Below, one piece after another: positions 51,533 to 60,999 of a stretch of 64,000 nt of DNA. This DNA is from Bacteroidota bacterium (GTDB lineage Bacteria; Bacteroidota; Ignavibacteria; Ignavibacteriales; Melioribacteraceae), in assembly GCA_021801605.1 (NCBI GenBank), contig JAJYXU010000096.1, forward strand, positions 12,290 through 76,289, read 5' to 3'. Made by a program: the position numbers and the translations under genes. Positions within the stretch are counted from its first letter, which is position 1, and every line of letters starts with the position of its first letter. Under the pieces are notes generated by a model. That model was not told where the DNA came from and did no database searches. It saw only the letters and a program-made list of their open reading frames with translations.

Positions 51533-52108
51533 ATGAGACATGGCGTAAGAGGAAGAAAATTAGGAAGAACTGCAAGTCACAGATTAGCTACATTAAAATT
51601 GTTGGCAACATCTTTACTTCAGCATAAAAAAATTAAAACAACCGCAGCAAAAGCCAAAGAGTTGCGTAGATTTGTTGAGCCGATCATTACAAGAGCAAAA
51701 ACTGATTCCGTTCATGCGAGAAGATTAATTGCAGAGAAAATTAATGATAGAGCGGTTCTTTCCGAACTGTTCAGCGATATTGTAACAAAAGTCGGTGATA
51801 GACCAGGCGGCTACACTCGTGTTGTTCATCTTGGACAGAGAAAAGGCGACGGCGCTCACATGGCAATAATCGAGTTGGTTGATTACAGTGGTGTAATTAA
51901 ACCTAAAGCTCCTAAGAAAACAAAGGGCGAAGAAAAACCAACTGAAACTGCAGAAGAGATTAAAGCAGAAGAAAAGAAAGAGAAAAAGGAAAAGGCAGCT
52001 AAGAAAGCGGCTGTTCCAAAACCGAAAAAAGAAAAATCACCAAAAGAAAAAATTACAAAAGAAAAGATCACAAAGACTACAAAGACTCCGCAGAAAAAAG
52101 GCAGTTAA
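51533..52108 (+). CDS. rplQ: 50S ribosomal protein L17 with Lys/Glu-rich C-terminal extension
   Basis: 191 aa. The L17 core is MRHGVRGRKLGRTASHR...GGYTRVVHLGQRKGDGAHMAIIELV. It is followed by a ~70-aa tail, KPKAPKKTKGEEKPTE...KEKITKEKITKTTKTPQKKGS. Confidence 0.94.
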   Translation: MRHGVRGRKLGRTASHRLATLKLLATSLLQHKKIKTTAAKAKELRRFVEPIITRAKTDSVHARRLIAEKINDRAVLSELFSDIVTKVGDRPGGYTRVVHLGQRKGDGAHMAIIELVDYSGVIKPKAPKKTKGEEKPTETAEEIKAEEKKEKKEKAAKKAAVPKPKKEKSPKEKITKEKITKTTKTPQKKGS

Positions 52109-52131
52109 TTTTAGGATTATAGATTAATTTG

Positions 52132-52169
52132 AAAAGAGTAATCGGTTTCGGTTACTCTTTTTTATTTTT
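52132..52169 (+). terminator. rho-independent terminator after rplQ
   Basis: AAAAGAGTAATCG-gttt-CGGTTACTCTTTT followed by TTATTTTT. The T-tract runs right up to the engB ATG at 52170. Confidence 0.8.
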
Positions 52170-52751
52170 ATGAAAAAAATTGAATTCATCAAACCCGTTT
52201 ACAATCTCAGCGAATTACCAAAGGAAAATTTACCAACGGTTGTCCTATGCGGGCGTTCAAATGTTGGAAAATCTTCATTCATAAATTCAATCTTCAACAC
52301 AAAAATGGCAAAGACCTCGTCATCGCCGGGGAAAACCCGTTCTATAAATTACTATCTCGTTGAAAAAAAATTCTTTATTGTTGATCTACCCGGATTTGGT
52401 TATGCAAAAGTTTCAAAGAGCGAACGCGATGCCTGGCAGCACCTACTCGAAAAATATTTTTCGATGAACAGCAATATTAAACTCGCAATTCACATTATTG
52501 ATAGCAGACATGATCCAATGCAACTTGATATTGAGCTTAATAACTTCCTCCGAACCAAAGACATTCCTTATTTCCTACTAATGAACAAGTCCGACAAGTT
52601 GAAACAAGCCGAGTTGGCTTCTGCCAAAAAGCGTGTAGTGCAATTTTTTCCCGAAATTATACCGGGTGAGAACATGCTTTTCTATTCGGCTATAAAAGGA
52701 ACCGGCAAAAAAGAGATAGTAAAACATCTCTCTACGCTCTTCCTTATATGA
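52170..52751 (+). CDS. engB: ribosome biogenesis GTPase EngB/YsxC/YihA
   Basis: 193 aa; GRSNVGKSSFINS P-loop, DLPGFGYA switch II, NKSD. Confidence 0.9.
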   Translation: MKKIEFIKPVYNLSELPKENLPTVVLCGRSNVGKSSFINSIFNTKMAKTSSSPGKTRSINYYLVEKKFFIVDLPGFGYAKVSKSERDAWQHLLEKYFSMNSNIKLAIHIIDSRHDPMQLDIELNNFLRTKDIPYFLLMNKSDKLKQAELASAKKRVVQFFPEIIPGENMLFYSAIKGTGKKEIVKHLSTLFLI

Positions 52752-52842
52752 AAATATCTTAAATCTTTCTTATTATTGAATTGGGAGTTGATACTTTTAC
52801 AGCTTCTAACCAAATATTTCTACATAATTTCTAAGAAGGACG

Positions 52843-54714
52843 ATGGGAATCAAAGAAAAAATTAAAAAGAGAATCTTCATTTTCTTGTTTATTCCCATTC
52901 TCATTACCATTCCATTTTTTACAGAAGATACTTTCGTGCGGATTATTTCCGGTGTAGTCCTTTTAATATATGCCGGATTTATAATTTTTCTGCGCGATTC
53001 AATGCGTGGCGAATCGTTTGATCAAACATACGAGCCCGATCTTTTTGAAGATGAAGAGAAAATTGAAAAAGACACTTATGAAACTGATACAGGTGAAGAT
53101 TTTAAAATAATTTCACCGACAAAGAATATCGAGATAATTACTGCTGAAAATTTTGGAAGTACATTCAGCCGCGGTAAACAAGATTTTTTCAAGCCGCCGG
53201 ATTTTAAAACAAATTATGATAAAATTGCTCTTGAAGAATTACCTGAAGATGTTAATCACGATGAGCAATTTGGTTTTGTCCTTGAAAAAATTCTTAGTGT
53301 TGTTAAAGATTCATATATAGCACACACTGCTGCTTTCTTCTGGTACAATAAGAACAGAAAACGATTGACGCTTGAACGTTATGTAACAAGTTCATCTCAA
53401 ATCAAACAGCAGAAGTTTGATCTCGAAGATGATATTCTTGGTAAGATTGTTCAAAAAGAAGAGCCGGAACTTCTGACCGATATCTCTTCAAACGCCGAGA
53501 TTGATGTCATCCGCTATTACGGTGTTCCTCAAGGGATCAAAAGTTTTGTAGGTGTTCCTTTGTTTTATGGAAAACATTTGACCGGAATTCTCGTTTTAGA
53601 TTCAAAAGTGAACGATGCTTTCGGTATTGAACAAGTCTATTCCCTCGGAAGAATTGTCCGGGTTATTTCAATTATCATTTCATTGTTCGAAGAAAAATTT
53701 GCCGAGTCGCAAGCAGATCAGCGTTTAAAAACGCTTCTAAGTATTTTAGGTGCGGATAAAAAATTTGAATCGGAAGCCGACGTCCATCAAATTATCGAAT
53801 CATCAATGCAAGGGTTGTTGGATTGGGATTCTTTTACATTGGTTTCATATTCTCCTGCGGAACAAAAATTTAAAACTACAAAGATCATAAACAAGACTTC
53901 TCTAAAATATGTTGGTGAAAACTTGGAGATAGACTTAAACGGAACATTAGTTGGAAGAGCAATATTGAGCGCTACTCCGGTGAAGATTGACGATACATCT
54001 TCATCGGATATACCTCGCTTTGCAAAAACTGAAGATGTAAGTTTTGACGGTTCATTTCTTGCTATACCGCTTGTTTATGATGAACATAATTACGGTGTTC
54101 TTTGTTTTGAAAGTCTGAAGAAAAATGTTTATTCAAACAACGAAGTTTCATACATTAAAAACGCTACCAAAATATTTGCTTTCATTCTTCATTCCTACTC
54201 AACAATAAATATTTTAAAAGGATTGCTCTCTGTTGATATTGAGACTAAAACACTAAACTATGATTCATTTATCGAGCGTTTTACAATTGACCTTGTACGC
54301 AGTAAAGAGATCGGAATTCAAGGTGCGATAGCAGTAATTAAAATTGATGAATTCTTGGAACAAGAATCTCTTTTTGAAGGAGATCCGTTTCCTAAAGTTC
54401 TGCGGACAGTCGGGCAAATGATAAAAGATGAAATGACTCCGCTGAATTTACTTGGGCGAATTAGTGAAAAAGTTTTTGCGGTTTATTTTTTCAACATGTC
54501 TCCAAAAGATGTTTTTCTATGGGCAGAAAAATTAAGAATTAAAATTGCACGCAAAGCAATTGCAGTTGCATCGAAACAAACAACCTTTACGGTTTCAATT
54601 GGTGTAGCTACAACCACAAATAAAACCGATGTTCAAGAAATTTTAACTAACGCAGAGCTCGCTTTAAAAAAAGCAATTGAGAAAGGCGGGAACTCTGTTA
54701 AAAGCATCAGCTAA
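52843..54714 (+). CDS. membrane-anchored GAF-domain protein with degenerate GGDEF domain
   Basis: 623 aa. Two N-terminal TM helices, then central regions whose length and pattern fit two GAF-like domains. The C-terminal ~160 aa align to the GGDEF fold (VSIGVAT...AELALKKAIEKGGNSV), but the GG[DE]EF site reads GRISEKVFAV. Confidence 0.7.
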   Translation: MGIKEKIKKRIFIFLFIPILITIPFFTEDTFVRIISGVVLLIYAGFIIFLRDSMRGESFDQTYEPDLFEDEEKIEKDTYETDTGEDFKIISPTKNIEIITAENFGSTFSRGKQDFFKPPDFKTNYDKIALEELPEDVNHDEQFGFVLEKILSVVKDSYIAHTAAFFWYNKNRKRLTLERYVTSSSQIKQQKFDLEDDILGKIVQKEEPELLTDISSNAEIDVIRYYGVPQGIKSFVGVPLFYGKHLTGILVLDSKVNDAFGIEQVYSLGRIVRVISIIISLFEEKFAESQADQRLKTLLSILGADKKFESEADVHQIIESSMQGLLDWDSFTLVSYSPAEQKFKTTKIINKTSLKYVGENLEIDLNGTLVGRAILSATPVKIDDTSSSDIPRFAKTEDVSFDGSFLAIPLVYDEHNYGVLCFESLKKNVYSNNEVSYIKNATKIFAFILHSYSTINILKGLLSVDIETKTLNYDSFIERFTIDLVRSKEIGIQGAIAVIKIDEFLEQESLFEGDPFPKVLRTVGQMIKDEMTPLNLLGRISEKVFAVYFFNMSPKDVFLWAEKLRIKIARKAIAVASKQTTFTVSIGVATTTNKTDVQEILTNAELALKKAIEKGGNSVKSIS

Positions 54715-54729
54715 CACACGGATAAATCT

Positions 54730-55893
54730 TTGAACAATTTTTTTATCGTCGTACTCGATGGAGTCGGGATTGGTGAATTGCCCGATGCAAAAAATTATTC
54801 CGATGAAGGGAGTGATACTCTCGGAAATATGGCAGAGCGACTTGGCGGTTTAAATTTGTCGAACTTAGAAAAATTTGGACTGGGCAATATCAAACTAATT
54901 AAAGGAATTTCGCCGCAAATTTTGCCGCTTGCTTCTTTTGGTAAGCTTGCCGAAATATCTTCTGGTAAAGATTCTACAACCGGACACTGGGAACTTGGCG
55001 GATTAAAAGTTGAAATTGAATTTCCTTTCTATCCTAATGGATTTCCGAAAGAGTTGGTCGAAAAATTCTTGAAAGAAACCGGCATCAAGGGAATTCTTGG
55101 AAATTATGCTGCCTCCGGAACTGAAATTATTAAAGACCTTGGTGCCGAACATGTAAGGACTGGATTTCCAATTGTTTATACTTCGGCAGACTCTGTATTT
55201 CAAATTGCAGCACACGAAGATATTATTCCTTTAAAACGATTGTATGAAATATGTTCGATTACCCGCGAAAAAGTTTTAGTAGGAAAAGATTCTTGCGGAA
55301 GAGTTATTGCACGTCCATTTATTGGGTCAGAAGGAAATTTTAAACGTACGACAAATAGAAAGGATTTTTCTTTAGATCCTCCCGAACCGACAATTCTTGA
55401 TTACTGTTTGAACAATGGAATAGAAACATATGCAATTGGAAAAGTGAACGACCTCTTCAACTACAAGGGCATTAAACATCAGCTCAAGACAAAATCCAAT
55501 CAAGAGGGAATTAACAAAATTATCGAAGTCGCAAAAAGTGTTAGAGGTTCACTTATCTTTACTAATCTGGTTGATTTCGATGTTTATTTCGGGCATAGAA
55601 ATGATCCCGAAGGATTTCACAAAGCACTTCAAGAATTTGATGAAAGACTGCCCGAGATACTGAATTCATTAGATGAAACAGACCGATTGATTCTTACAGC
55701 CGATCATGGTAACGATGCAACCGATATCAGCACAGACCATACGCGCGAATATGTGCCGCTTCTCTATTATAAAAAAAATATAACCGGTAAGAATCTTGGC
55801 ATTCGTAAAACTTTTGCCGATGTAGCTCAAACTGCCGCACACTTCTTCAAGATCAATAACGATCTGCAAGGAACGAGTTTTTTAAATGAGTGA
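54730..55893 (+). CDS. deoB: phosphopentomutase
   Basis: 387 aa with a TTG start; VVLDGVGIGELPDA...GSDTLGN...TADHGND metalloenzyme motifs. Confidence 0.9.
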   Translation: MNNFFIVVLDGVGIGELPDAKNYSDEGSDTLGNMAERLGGLNLSNLEKFGLGNIKLIKGISPQILPLASFGKLAEISSGKDSTTGHWELGGLKVEIEFPFYPNGFPKELVEKFLKETGIKGILGNYAASGTEIIKDLGAEHVRTGFPIVYTSADSVFQIAAHEDIIPLKRLYEICSITREKVLVGKDSCGRVIARPFIGSEGNFKRTTNRKDFSLDPPEPTILDYCLNNGIETYAIGKVNDLFNYKGIKHQLKTKSNQEGINKIIEVAKSVRGSLIFTNLVDFDVYFGHRNDPEGFHKALQEFDERLPEILNSLDETDRLILTADHGNDATDISTDHTREYVPLLYYKKNITGKNLGIRKTFADVAQTAAHFFKINNDLQGTSFLNE

Positions 55894-56096
55894 AGAACAT
55901 GATAGAGATACGCTAAAGTTCTTGGAATTCATTCTTGTTACAGTTTGACCATTACAGATTTTTTTAATAAAGTTGCGACCGCACATACGGCTATTTTTGT
56001 TCATTTGGAAAAAAGTTACACTTAAAGCTCTCTTAAAGAAATAGAGAGAGATTGAAACTCAAAAAATATTTTATATAAAAGAATTGAGAGGATGAA

Positions 56097-56396
56097 TTGA
56101 TACTGGGAAAAGTTATCGGCACAGTTTGGTCAACAAGAAAGGATGAAAATCTTGTCGGCGCAAAATTTTTAATTGTTCGTCACCTCGATCTTGAATACAA
56201 ACCGAAAGAAGCAACCGTTATAGCTGTTGATTCTGTTGGAGCCGGTGTTGGCGAAGTTGTTCTGGTGGCGCAGGGAAGCTCAGCCCGTCAAACTGCTTTT
56301 ACGAAAAATAAACCTATTGATGCCGTTATTATGGCAATTGTTGATAAGCTCGATATCTCCGTGAAAGAAAAAAATAAAGAAGCGGTTGAAGTATAA
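56097..56396 (+). CDS. EutN/CcmL-family protein (BMC-P vertex pentamer fold), copy 1
   Basis: 99 aa with a TTG start: MILGKVIGTVWSTRKDENLVGAKFLIVRHL...VIAVDSVGAGVGEVVLVAQGSSARQ...KPIDAVIMAIVD. Matches the EutN/CcmL consensus along its whole length. Confidence 0.85.
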   Translation: MILGKVIGTVWSTRKDENLVGAKFLIVRHLDLEYKPKEATVIAVDSVGAGVGEVVLVAQGSSARQTAFTKNKPIDAVIMAIVDKLDISVKEKNKEAVEV

Positions 56397-56668
56397 TGTA
56401 TCTTGGCAGAGTTATAGGAACAATATGGGCGACAAGAAAATATGAGACGCTCGCCGGTTACAAAATGCTATTTGTTCAGCCGATAAATGCTGAGTATAAA
56501 AACCTTGGCGGACCGATTGTAGCGCTTGATACCGTAGGTGCAGGACCGGGAGAAATTATTTTTTATGTTACTGCAAGCGAAGCTGTAATTCCGCTTGATG
56601 TTGATATGGCACCTGTTGACGCTTCAATTGTTGGGATTGTCGATTCTATTAATGTTCAATCCATGTAG
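56396..56668 (+). CDS. EutN/CcmL-family protein, copy 2 (more divergent)
   Basis: 90 aa: [30 protein letters not shown]...[24 protein letters not shown]...[12 protein letters not shown]. 1-nt overlap with copy 1. Confidence 0.8.
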   Translation: MYLGRVIGTIWATRKYETLAGYKMLFVQPINAEYKNLGGPIVALDTVGAGPGEIIFYVTASEAVIPLDVDMAPVDASIVGIVDSINVQSM

Positions 56669-56679
56669 GAGAAGTAGTT

Positions 56680-57534
56680 TTGAAAATCACCAAACAGTTT
56701 ACCAACCGAGAAAGTCAATCATTAGATAAATACCTTCAAGAGATCGGAAAAGTTGATCTTCTTACGCCGGATGAAGAAATTGAACTTGCTATTCGAATCA
56801 AAAAAAATGATCAACGTGCACTGGAAAAATTGGTTAAAGCAAATTTGCGCTTTGTTGTTTCTGTCGCTAAACAATATCAGAATCAAGGATTGACGCTTGG
56901 CGATCTAATTAATGAAGGAAACCTTGGATTGATTAAAGCCGCAAGAAGATTTGATGAAACACGCGGTTTTAAATTTATTTCTTATGCTGTATGGTGGATT
57001 CGTCAATCAATTCTTCAAGCTCTCGCGGAACAATCAAGAATTGTCCGCCTTCCCTTGAACAGAGTAGGTGCTCTAAATAAAATTGGAAAAGCATATAGTA
57101 ATCTTGAGCAGGAATATGAGCGTGAACCAAGTGCTCATGAACTTGCCCAGGAACTTGATATGGACATTAGTGAAGTTTCAGATACTCTAAAAATTTCCGG
57201 GCGCGCTATTTCTATGGATGCACCATTTGCGCAGGGTGAAGAAAACCGTCTGCTTGATATTCTTGAAAATGATGAACAACCTTCTCCCGATCATACTCTG
57301 ATGTCTGAATCGCTCAGAAGAGAAATTGAAAGGGCATTATCAACTTTATCCGAAAGAGAGGCGGAAGTGATAAAACTCTATTTTGGATTGAATGAAGAAC
57401 ATTCACTCACGCTCGAAGAGATTGGTGAAAGATTTAACCTTACACGTGAACGCGTACGACAAATAAAAGAGAAAGCTATTAAAAGATTACGCCACGCATC
57501 CCGTAGTAAAAATTTAAGATCATACTTAGGCTGA
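56680..57534 (+). CDS. rpoD: primary (housekeeping-type) sigma-70 factor, short FCB-group form
   Basis: 284 aa with a TTG start. Region 2 is [56 protein letters not shown] and region 4 is [28 protein letters not shown]. It lacks the long region 1.1/non-conserved insert, as in Bacteroidota/Chlorobi SigA. Confidence 0.88.
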   Translation: MKITKQFTNRESQSLDKYLQEIGKVDLLTPDEEIELAIRIKKNDQRALEKLVKANLRFVVSVAKQYQNQGLTLGDLINEGNLGLIKAARRFDETRGFKFISYAVWWIRQSILQALAEQSRIVRLPLNRVGALNKIGKAYSNLEQEYEREPSAHELAQELDMDISEVSDTLKISGRAISMDAPFAQGEENRLLDILENDEQPSPDHTLMSESLRREIERALSTLSEREAEVIKLYFGLNEEHSLTLEEIGERFNLTRERVRQIKEKAIKRLRHASRSKNLRSYLG

Positions 57535-57545
57535 CCGCCATACAA

Positions 57546-58256
57546 ATGAGGCTAATATATTTGACTAGAACTTTTCTACTGGGACTTCTTGTTCTTGCAA
57601 TTTTTGTGAGTTGTTCCGCATCGTCCAACGCTCAGCGTTATAAAAAAAATAATGGGAAAAAAGAAAAACCGGCAGCAGCGGTAAAAACTCTTTCTAAAGA
57701 CAGCGTAAAAAAATCTAACGTAAAAAATGAAAGAATAATTTTTAATAATCCGGCAGATTCATCCGCCGCCGATGAAGAGTTCGATGAACCGCCGCCGACA
57801 GAAAGCCCCGTTGATAAATCTAAATTCGCGTTTAATATTGAAAAGCTGAAAGAATTTAATGTTGCTCTTACTCCGCGCGAAAAAATTTTATTAGAAGTGA
57901 TAAAATTTTTAGATACTCCTTACAAATATGGCGGTAGTACACAAAATGGAATAGACTGTTCCGCCTTTACGTTACAGGTATTTCAAAGCTCACTTTCAAT
58001 TGATCTTCCGCGTTCTGCCAGAGAACAATATGTTGTTGGAGAAAAAATTTCAAAAGAAGAACTACAATTCGGCGATCTTGTATTTTTCAATACACGCCGT
58101 GCATCTAATCCAGGTCATGTTGGAATTTATCTTGGCGAGAATCAGTTTGTTCACGCAAGCCGCTCTCTTGGCGTTACAGTCTCATCAATTGATGACACTT
58201 ATTACAAAAAGCGTTATGTTGGTGCACGAAGAGTTGAAAGTTTTGTGGAAGAGTAA
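57546..58256 (+). CDS. NlpC/P60 (C40) peptidoglycan endopeptidase lipoprotein
   Basis: 236 aa. Lipobox AIFVSC. C-terminal catalytic domain YKYGGSTQNGIDCSAFT...GHVGIYLGENQFVHAS. Confidence 0.88.
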   Translation: MRLIYLTRTFLLGLLVLAIFVSCSASSNAQRYKKNNGKKEKPAAAVKTLSKDSVKKSNVKNERIIFNNPADSSAADEEFDEPPPTESPVDKSKFAFNIEKLKEFNVALTPREKILLEVIKFLDTPYKYGGSTQNGIDCSAFTLQVFQSSLSIDLPRSAREQYVVGEKISKEELQFGDLVFFNTRRASNPGHVGIYLGENQFVHASRSLGVTVSSIDDTYYKKRYVGARRVESFVEE

Positions 58257-58258
58257 AT

Positions 58259-58634
58259 ATGTTTGATGAAAAGAAACAAATAGTGTACTGGAGAACGACT
58301 GCACTCGATAATTTGGAGACGGCAGAAATTCTTTTTGAAAAAGGAAAATATCGCGAATGTTTATTCTTCTGCCATTTAACAATCGAAAAATTGTTAAAGG
58401 CGCATTTTGTCTCAGAAAGATTTCGCTCCTAAAGTGCATAATCTTGAATACCTCTATTCCAAAACAAATCTTAGTCTGCCAGAATTATACTACGATTTTT
58501 TGCCAAAGATCATGGTGTACAACATTGAAGGAAGATATCCGGATTATGATTTTCCTCAACCTTCCAAAGAAACAGCGGATCAATACATAAAAATGTCAAA
58601 GGAAATAATGGAATGGCTCTTACAGAAGTTATAG
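58259..58634 (+). pseudogene. HEPN-domain protein (PF05168-like), interrupted by a +1 frameshift
   Basis: Frame A, 58259-58432, encodes MFDEKKQIVYWRTTALDNLETAEILFEKGKYRECLFFCHLTIEKLLKAHFV and then stops. The next frame continues SQKDFAPKVHNLEYLYSKT...NIEGRYPDYDF...EIMEWLLQKL to 58634. Joined, they give a typical ~125-aa HEPN protein. Confidence 0.7.
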
Positions 58635-58930
58635 ATTTGGTTAAAAACTATATTAATGAACTGAATAAAGATGGTATTACCATAGACAAAGCGTTTGTTT
58701 TTGGAAGCCATGCAGAAGGAATCGCTCGTCCTGATAGTGATATTGATGTTATGCTTGTATCGAAACTTTTTGATGATGATAAGATGAAATATATTTCTAA
58801 GATCTGGCATATGACAAAAATTTCTGGTTTTAAAATTGAACCTGTGGCAATTGGCTTAAAGCGCTTTTTAGAAGACGATTACTCTCCATTAATTGGAATT
58901 GTTAAAAAAGAAGGAATTGAAATTAACTAA
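58613..58930 (+). CDS. minimal nucleotidyltransferase (MNT, NTP_transf_2 fold)
   Basis: 105 aa with the GSHAEGIARPDSDIDV motif (GS...D.D of Pol-beta-type nucleotidyltransferases). Overlaps the HEPN 3' end by 22 nt. Confidence 0.82.
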   Translation: MALTEVIDLVKNYINELNKDGITIDKAFVFGSHAEGIARPDSDIDVMLVSKLFDDDKMKYISKIWHMTKISGFKIEPVAIGLKRFLEDDYSPLIGIVKKEGIEIN

Positions 58931-59059
58931 TTACAATTCTCAATCTAACATCCAGAATCAAATATCATGCACCTTGTATCCAATATCTACCAACCGGATT
59001 GCAAATAAAAACCCATTCAACTAATTTGCTCATGCAAATAAAATAATCTGGAGTAAACA

Positions 59060-60451
59060 ATGGAATTTAGAATTGAAACTGACACAATGGGAGAAATGAA
59101 AGTGCCGGTAGATAAGTATTACGGTGCGCAAACAGCAAGATCGTTAATGAATTTTAAAATCGGCGGCGAAAGATTTCCTTCCGAATTGATACGCGCACTT
59201 GGAATTGTAAAGAAAGCTGCTGCTCTTACAAACTATGAATTAGGAAGTTTACCAAAAGAAAAATTGGATTTGATTCTTAAAGCTGCCGATGAAGTAATTG
59301 AAGGAAAATTAAATGATCATTTTCCACTTGTGGTTTGGCAGACGGGCAGTGGAACTCAAACTAACATGAACGCGAATGAAGTTATCTCTAACCGCGCAAT
59401 TGAAATGGCAGGCGGTGTAATGGGAAGCAAAAAACCGATCCACCCGAACGATGACGTTAACAAAGCACAATCTACAAACGATGCTTTCCCAACCTCAATT
59501 CATGTTGCTGCAGTGGAAGAAATTCACCGCCGTTTAATTCCTATGGCTACTAAATTGAGAAATTCATTAGATGCAAAAGCAAAAGAGTTTAAAGACATTA
59601 TTAAAATCGGTCGCACGCATTTGATGGATGCAACTCCTCTAACTCTTGGTGATGAATTCAGCGGATATGCAATGCAGTTGACGAACGGGTTAGCGCGCAT
59701 TAGTGATTCATTAAAACGATTATATGAAATTCCGCTTGGCGGAACTGCAGTTGGAACAGGTCTAAATGCTCATCCGGATTATGCAGTAAAAGTAGCGGAT
59801 ACAATTTCGAAATTGACCGGCAAACCATTTAAAACCGCGCCGAACAAATATGAAGCAATGGCGGCAAAAGATGCGCTGGTAGAAATGAGCGGTGTTCTAA
59901 AAACTCTTGGTACCTCGTTGTTAAAAATATCAAATGATATACGCTGGCTCGGCTCCGGTCCACGTTGTGGGATTGGTGAAATCTCTTTACCTGAAAATGA
60001 ACCTGGAAGTTCGATAATGCCTGGTAAAGTAAATCCAACACAGTCGGAAGCGATGACGATGGTATGTGCCCAAGTTTATGGTAATGACGTTACAATTAAT
60101 ATTGCCGGCTCAAGCGGAAATTTTGAATTAAATGTTTTCATGCCTGTTATTGCTTTCAATGTTCTTCAATCAATTAAGTTGTTGGCAGATGCTTGCGAGA
60201 GTTTCAGCGAACATTGTGTTGAGGGAATTACTGCAAACGAAGCGAACATCAAAAAACATCTTGAAAACTCTTTGATGCTTGTTACTTCGCTTAATCCTGT
60301 TATTGGATATGATAACGCAGCAAAAGTTGCAAAGAAAGCTCACAAAGAGAATAAAACTCTTAAAGAAGCCGCAATGGAACTTGGACTTCTTACATCAGAA
60401 AAATTTGATGAAGTTGTTCGTCCCGAAAAAATGATTGGATTAAGAAAATAA
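59060..60451 (+). CDS. fumC: class II fumarate hydratase
   Basis: 463 aa; [16 protein letters not shown] signature and [20 protein letters not shown]-terminus. Confidence 0.95.
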   Translation: MEFRIETDTMGEMKVPVDKYYGAQTARSLMNFKIGGERFPSELIRALGIVKKAAALTNYELGSLPKEKLDLILKAADEVIEGKLNDHFPLVVWQTGSGTQTNMNANEVISNRAIEMAGGVMGSKKPIHPNDDVNKAQSTNDAFPTSIHVAAVEEIHRRLIPMATKLRNSLDAKAKEFKDIIKIGRTHLMDATPLTLGDEFSGYAMQLTNGLARISDSLKRLYEIPLGGTAVGTGLNAHPDYAVKVADTISKLTGKPFKTAPNKYEAMAAKDALVEMSGVLKTLGTSLLKISNDIRWLGSGPRCGIGEISLPENEPGSSIMPGKVNPTQSEAMTMVCAQVYGNDVTINIAGSSGNFELNVFMPVIAFNVLQSIKLLADACESFSEHCVEGITANEANIKKHLENSLMLVTSLNPVIGYDNAAKVAKKAHKENKTLKEAAMELGLLTSEKFDEVVRPEKMIGLRK

Positions 60452-60590
60452 TTAATCTGAAGAGAGTTTCTTAAAAGTAAATATTTTTTGCTATTGCTTA
60501 GTGGCATTATTTTCACCACTAAGTCACTAAGAACACAAAGATTCACAAAGACTTTTGAGACACTCTCTTTTATTTTTAAGGAATAGACCG

Positions 60591-60887
60591 ATGAAAACAT
60601 TTGTTAAAATAAGTTTAATTCAGTTTCTGTTTTTCGGTATGATTCATTGTTCTTATACCGAATCGGACTATACTACAGGTACAGTAAAATATATCGCCCT
60701 CGAAGGTGGTTTTTACGGAATTGTTACCGATGACAAAAAAAATCTTGATCCATTAAATCTTTCCAAAGAATATCAAGTTGATGGAAAGCGGATTCAATTC
60801 AAGTATATTGAGAAAAAAGATATGGCAAGTTTCCATATGTGGGGCACAATAATCGAAATCATTGAAATCAGTGGACTGAAGAAATAG
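60591..60887 (+). CDS. small hypothetical secreted protein/lipoprotein
   Basis: ATG 60591 with AAGGA RBS (track ORF starts earlier, at 60555). Signal-like N-terminus MKTFVKISLIQFLFFGMIHC. No recognisable domain. Confidence 0.5.
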   Translation: MKTFVKISLIQFLFFGMIHCSYTESDYTTGTVKYIALEGGFYGIVTDDKKNLDPLNLSKEYQVDGKRIQFKYIEKKDMASFHMWGTIIEIIEISGLKK

Positions 60888-60999
60888 TAAGAATTGTTAA
60901 ACATATTTTTCGTATTAATTCGCTTAATTGTAATTCCAAACTGATATTGCAGTTTGTTTATGTATCAGTTAACTTATTTACAAACAATAGGGAACAAAT

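Noticed and set aside
60497-60522. Hairpin CTTAGTGG...CCACTAAG after fumC, with nearby CACTAAG/CACAAAG short repeats
   Set aside because: No T-tract follows and the repeats are only 7 nt. Support for a terminator or a binding array is weak.
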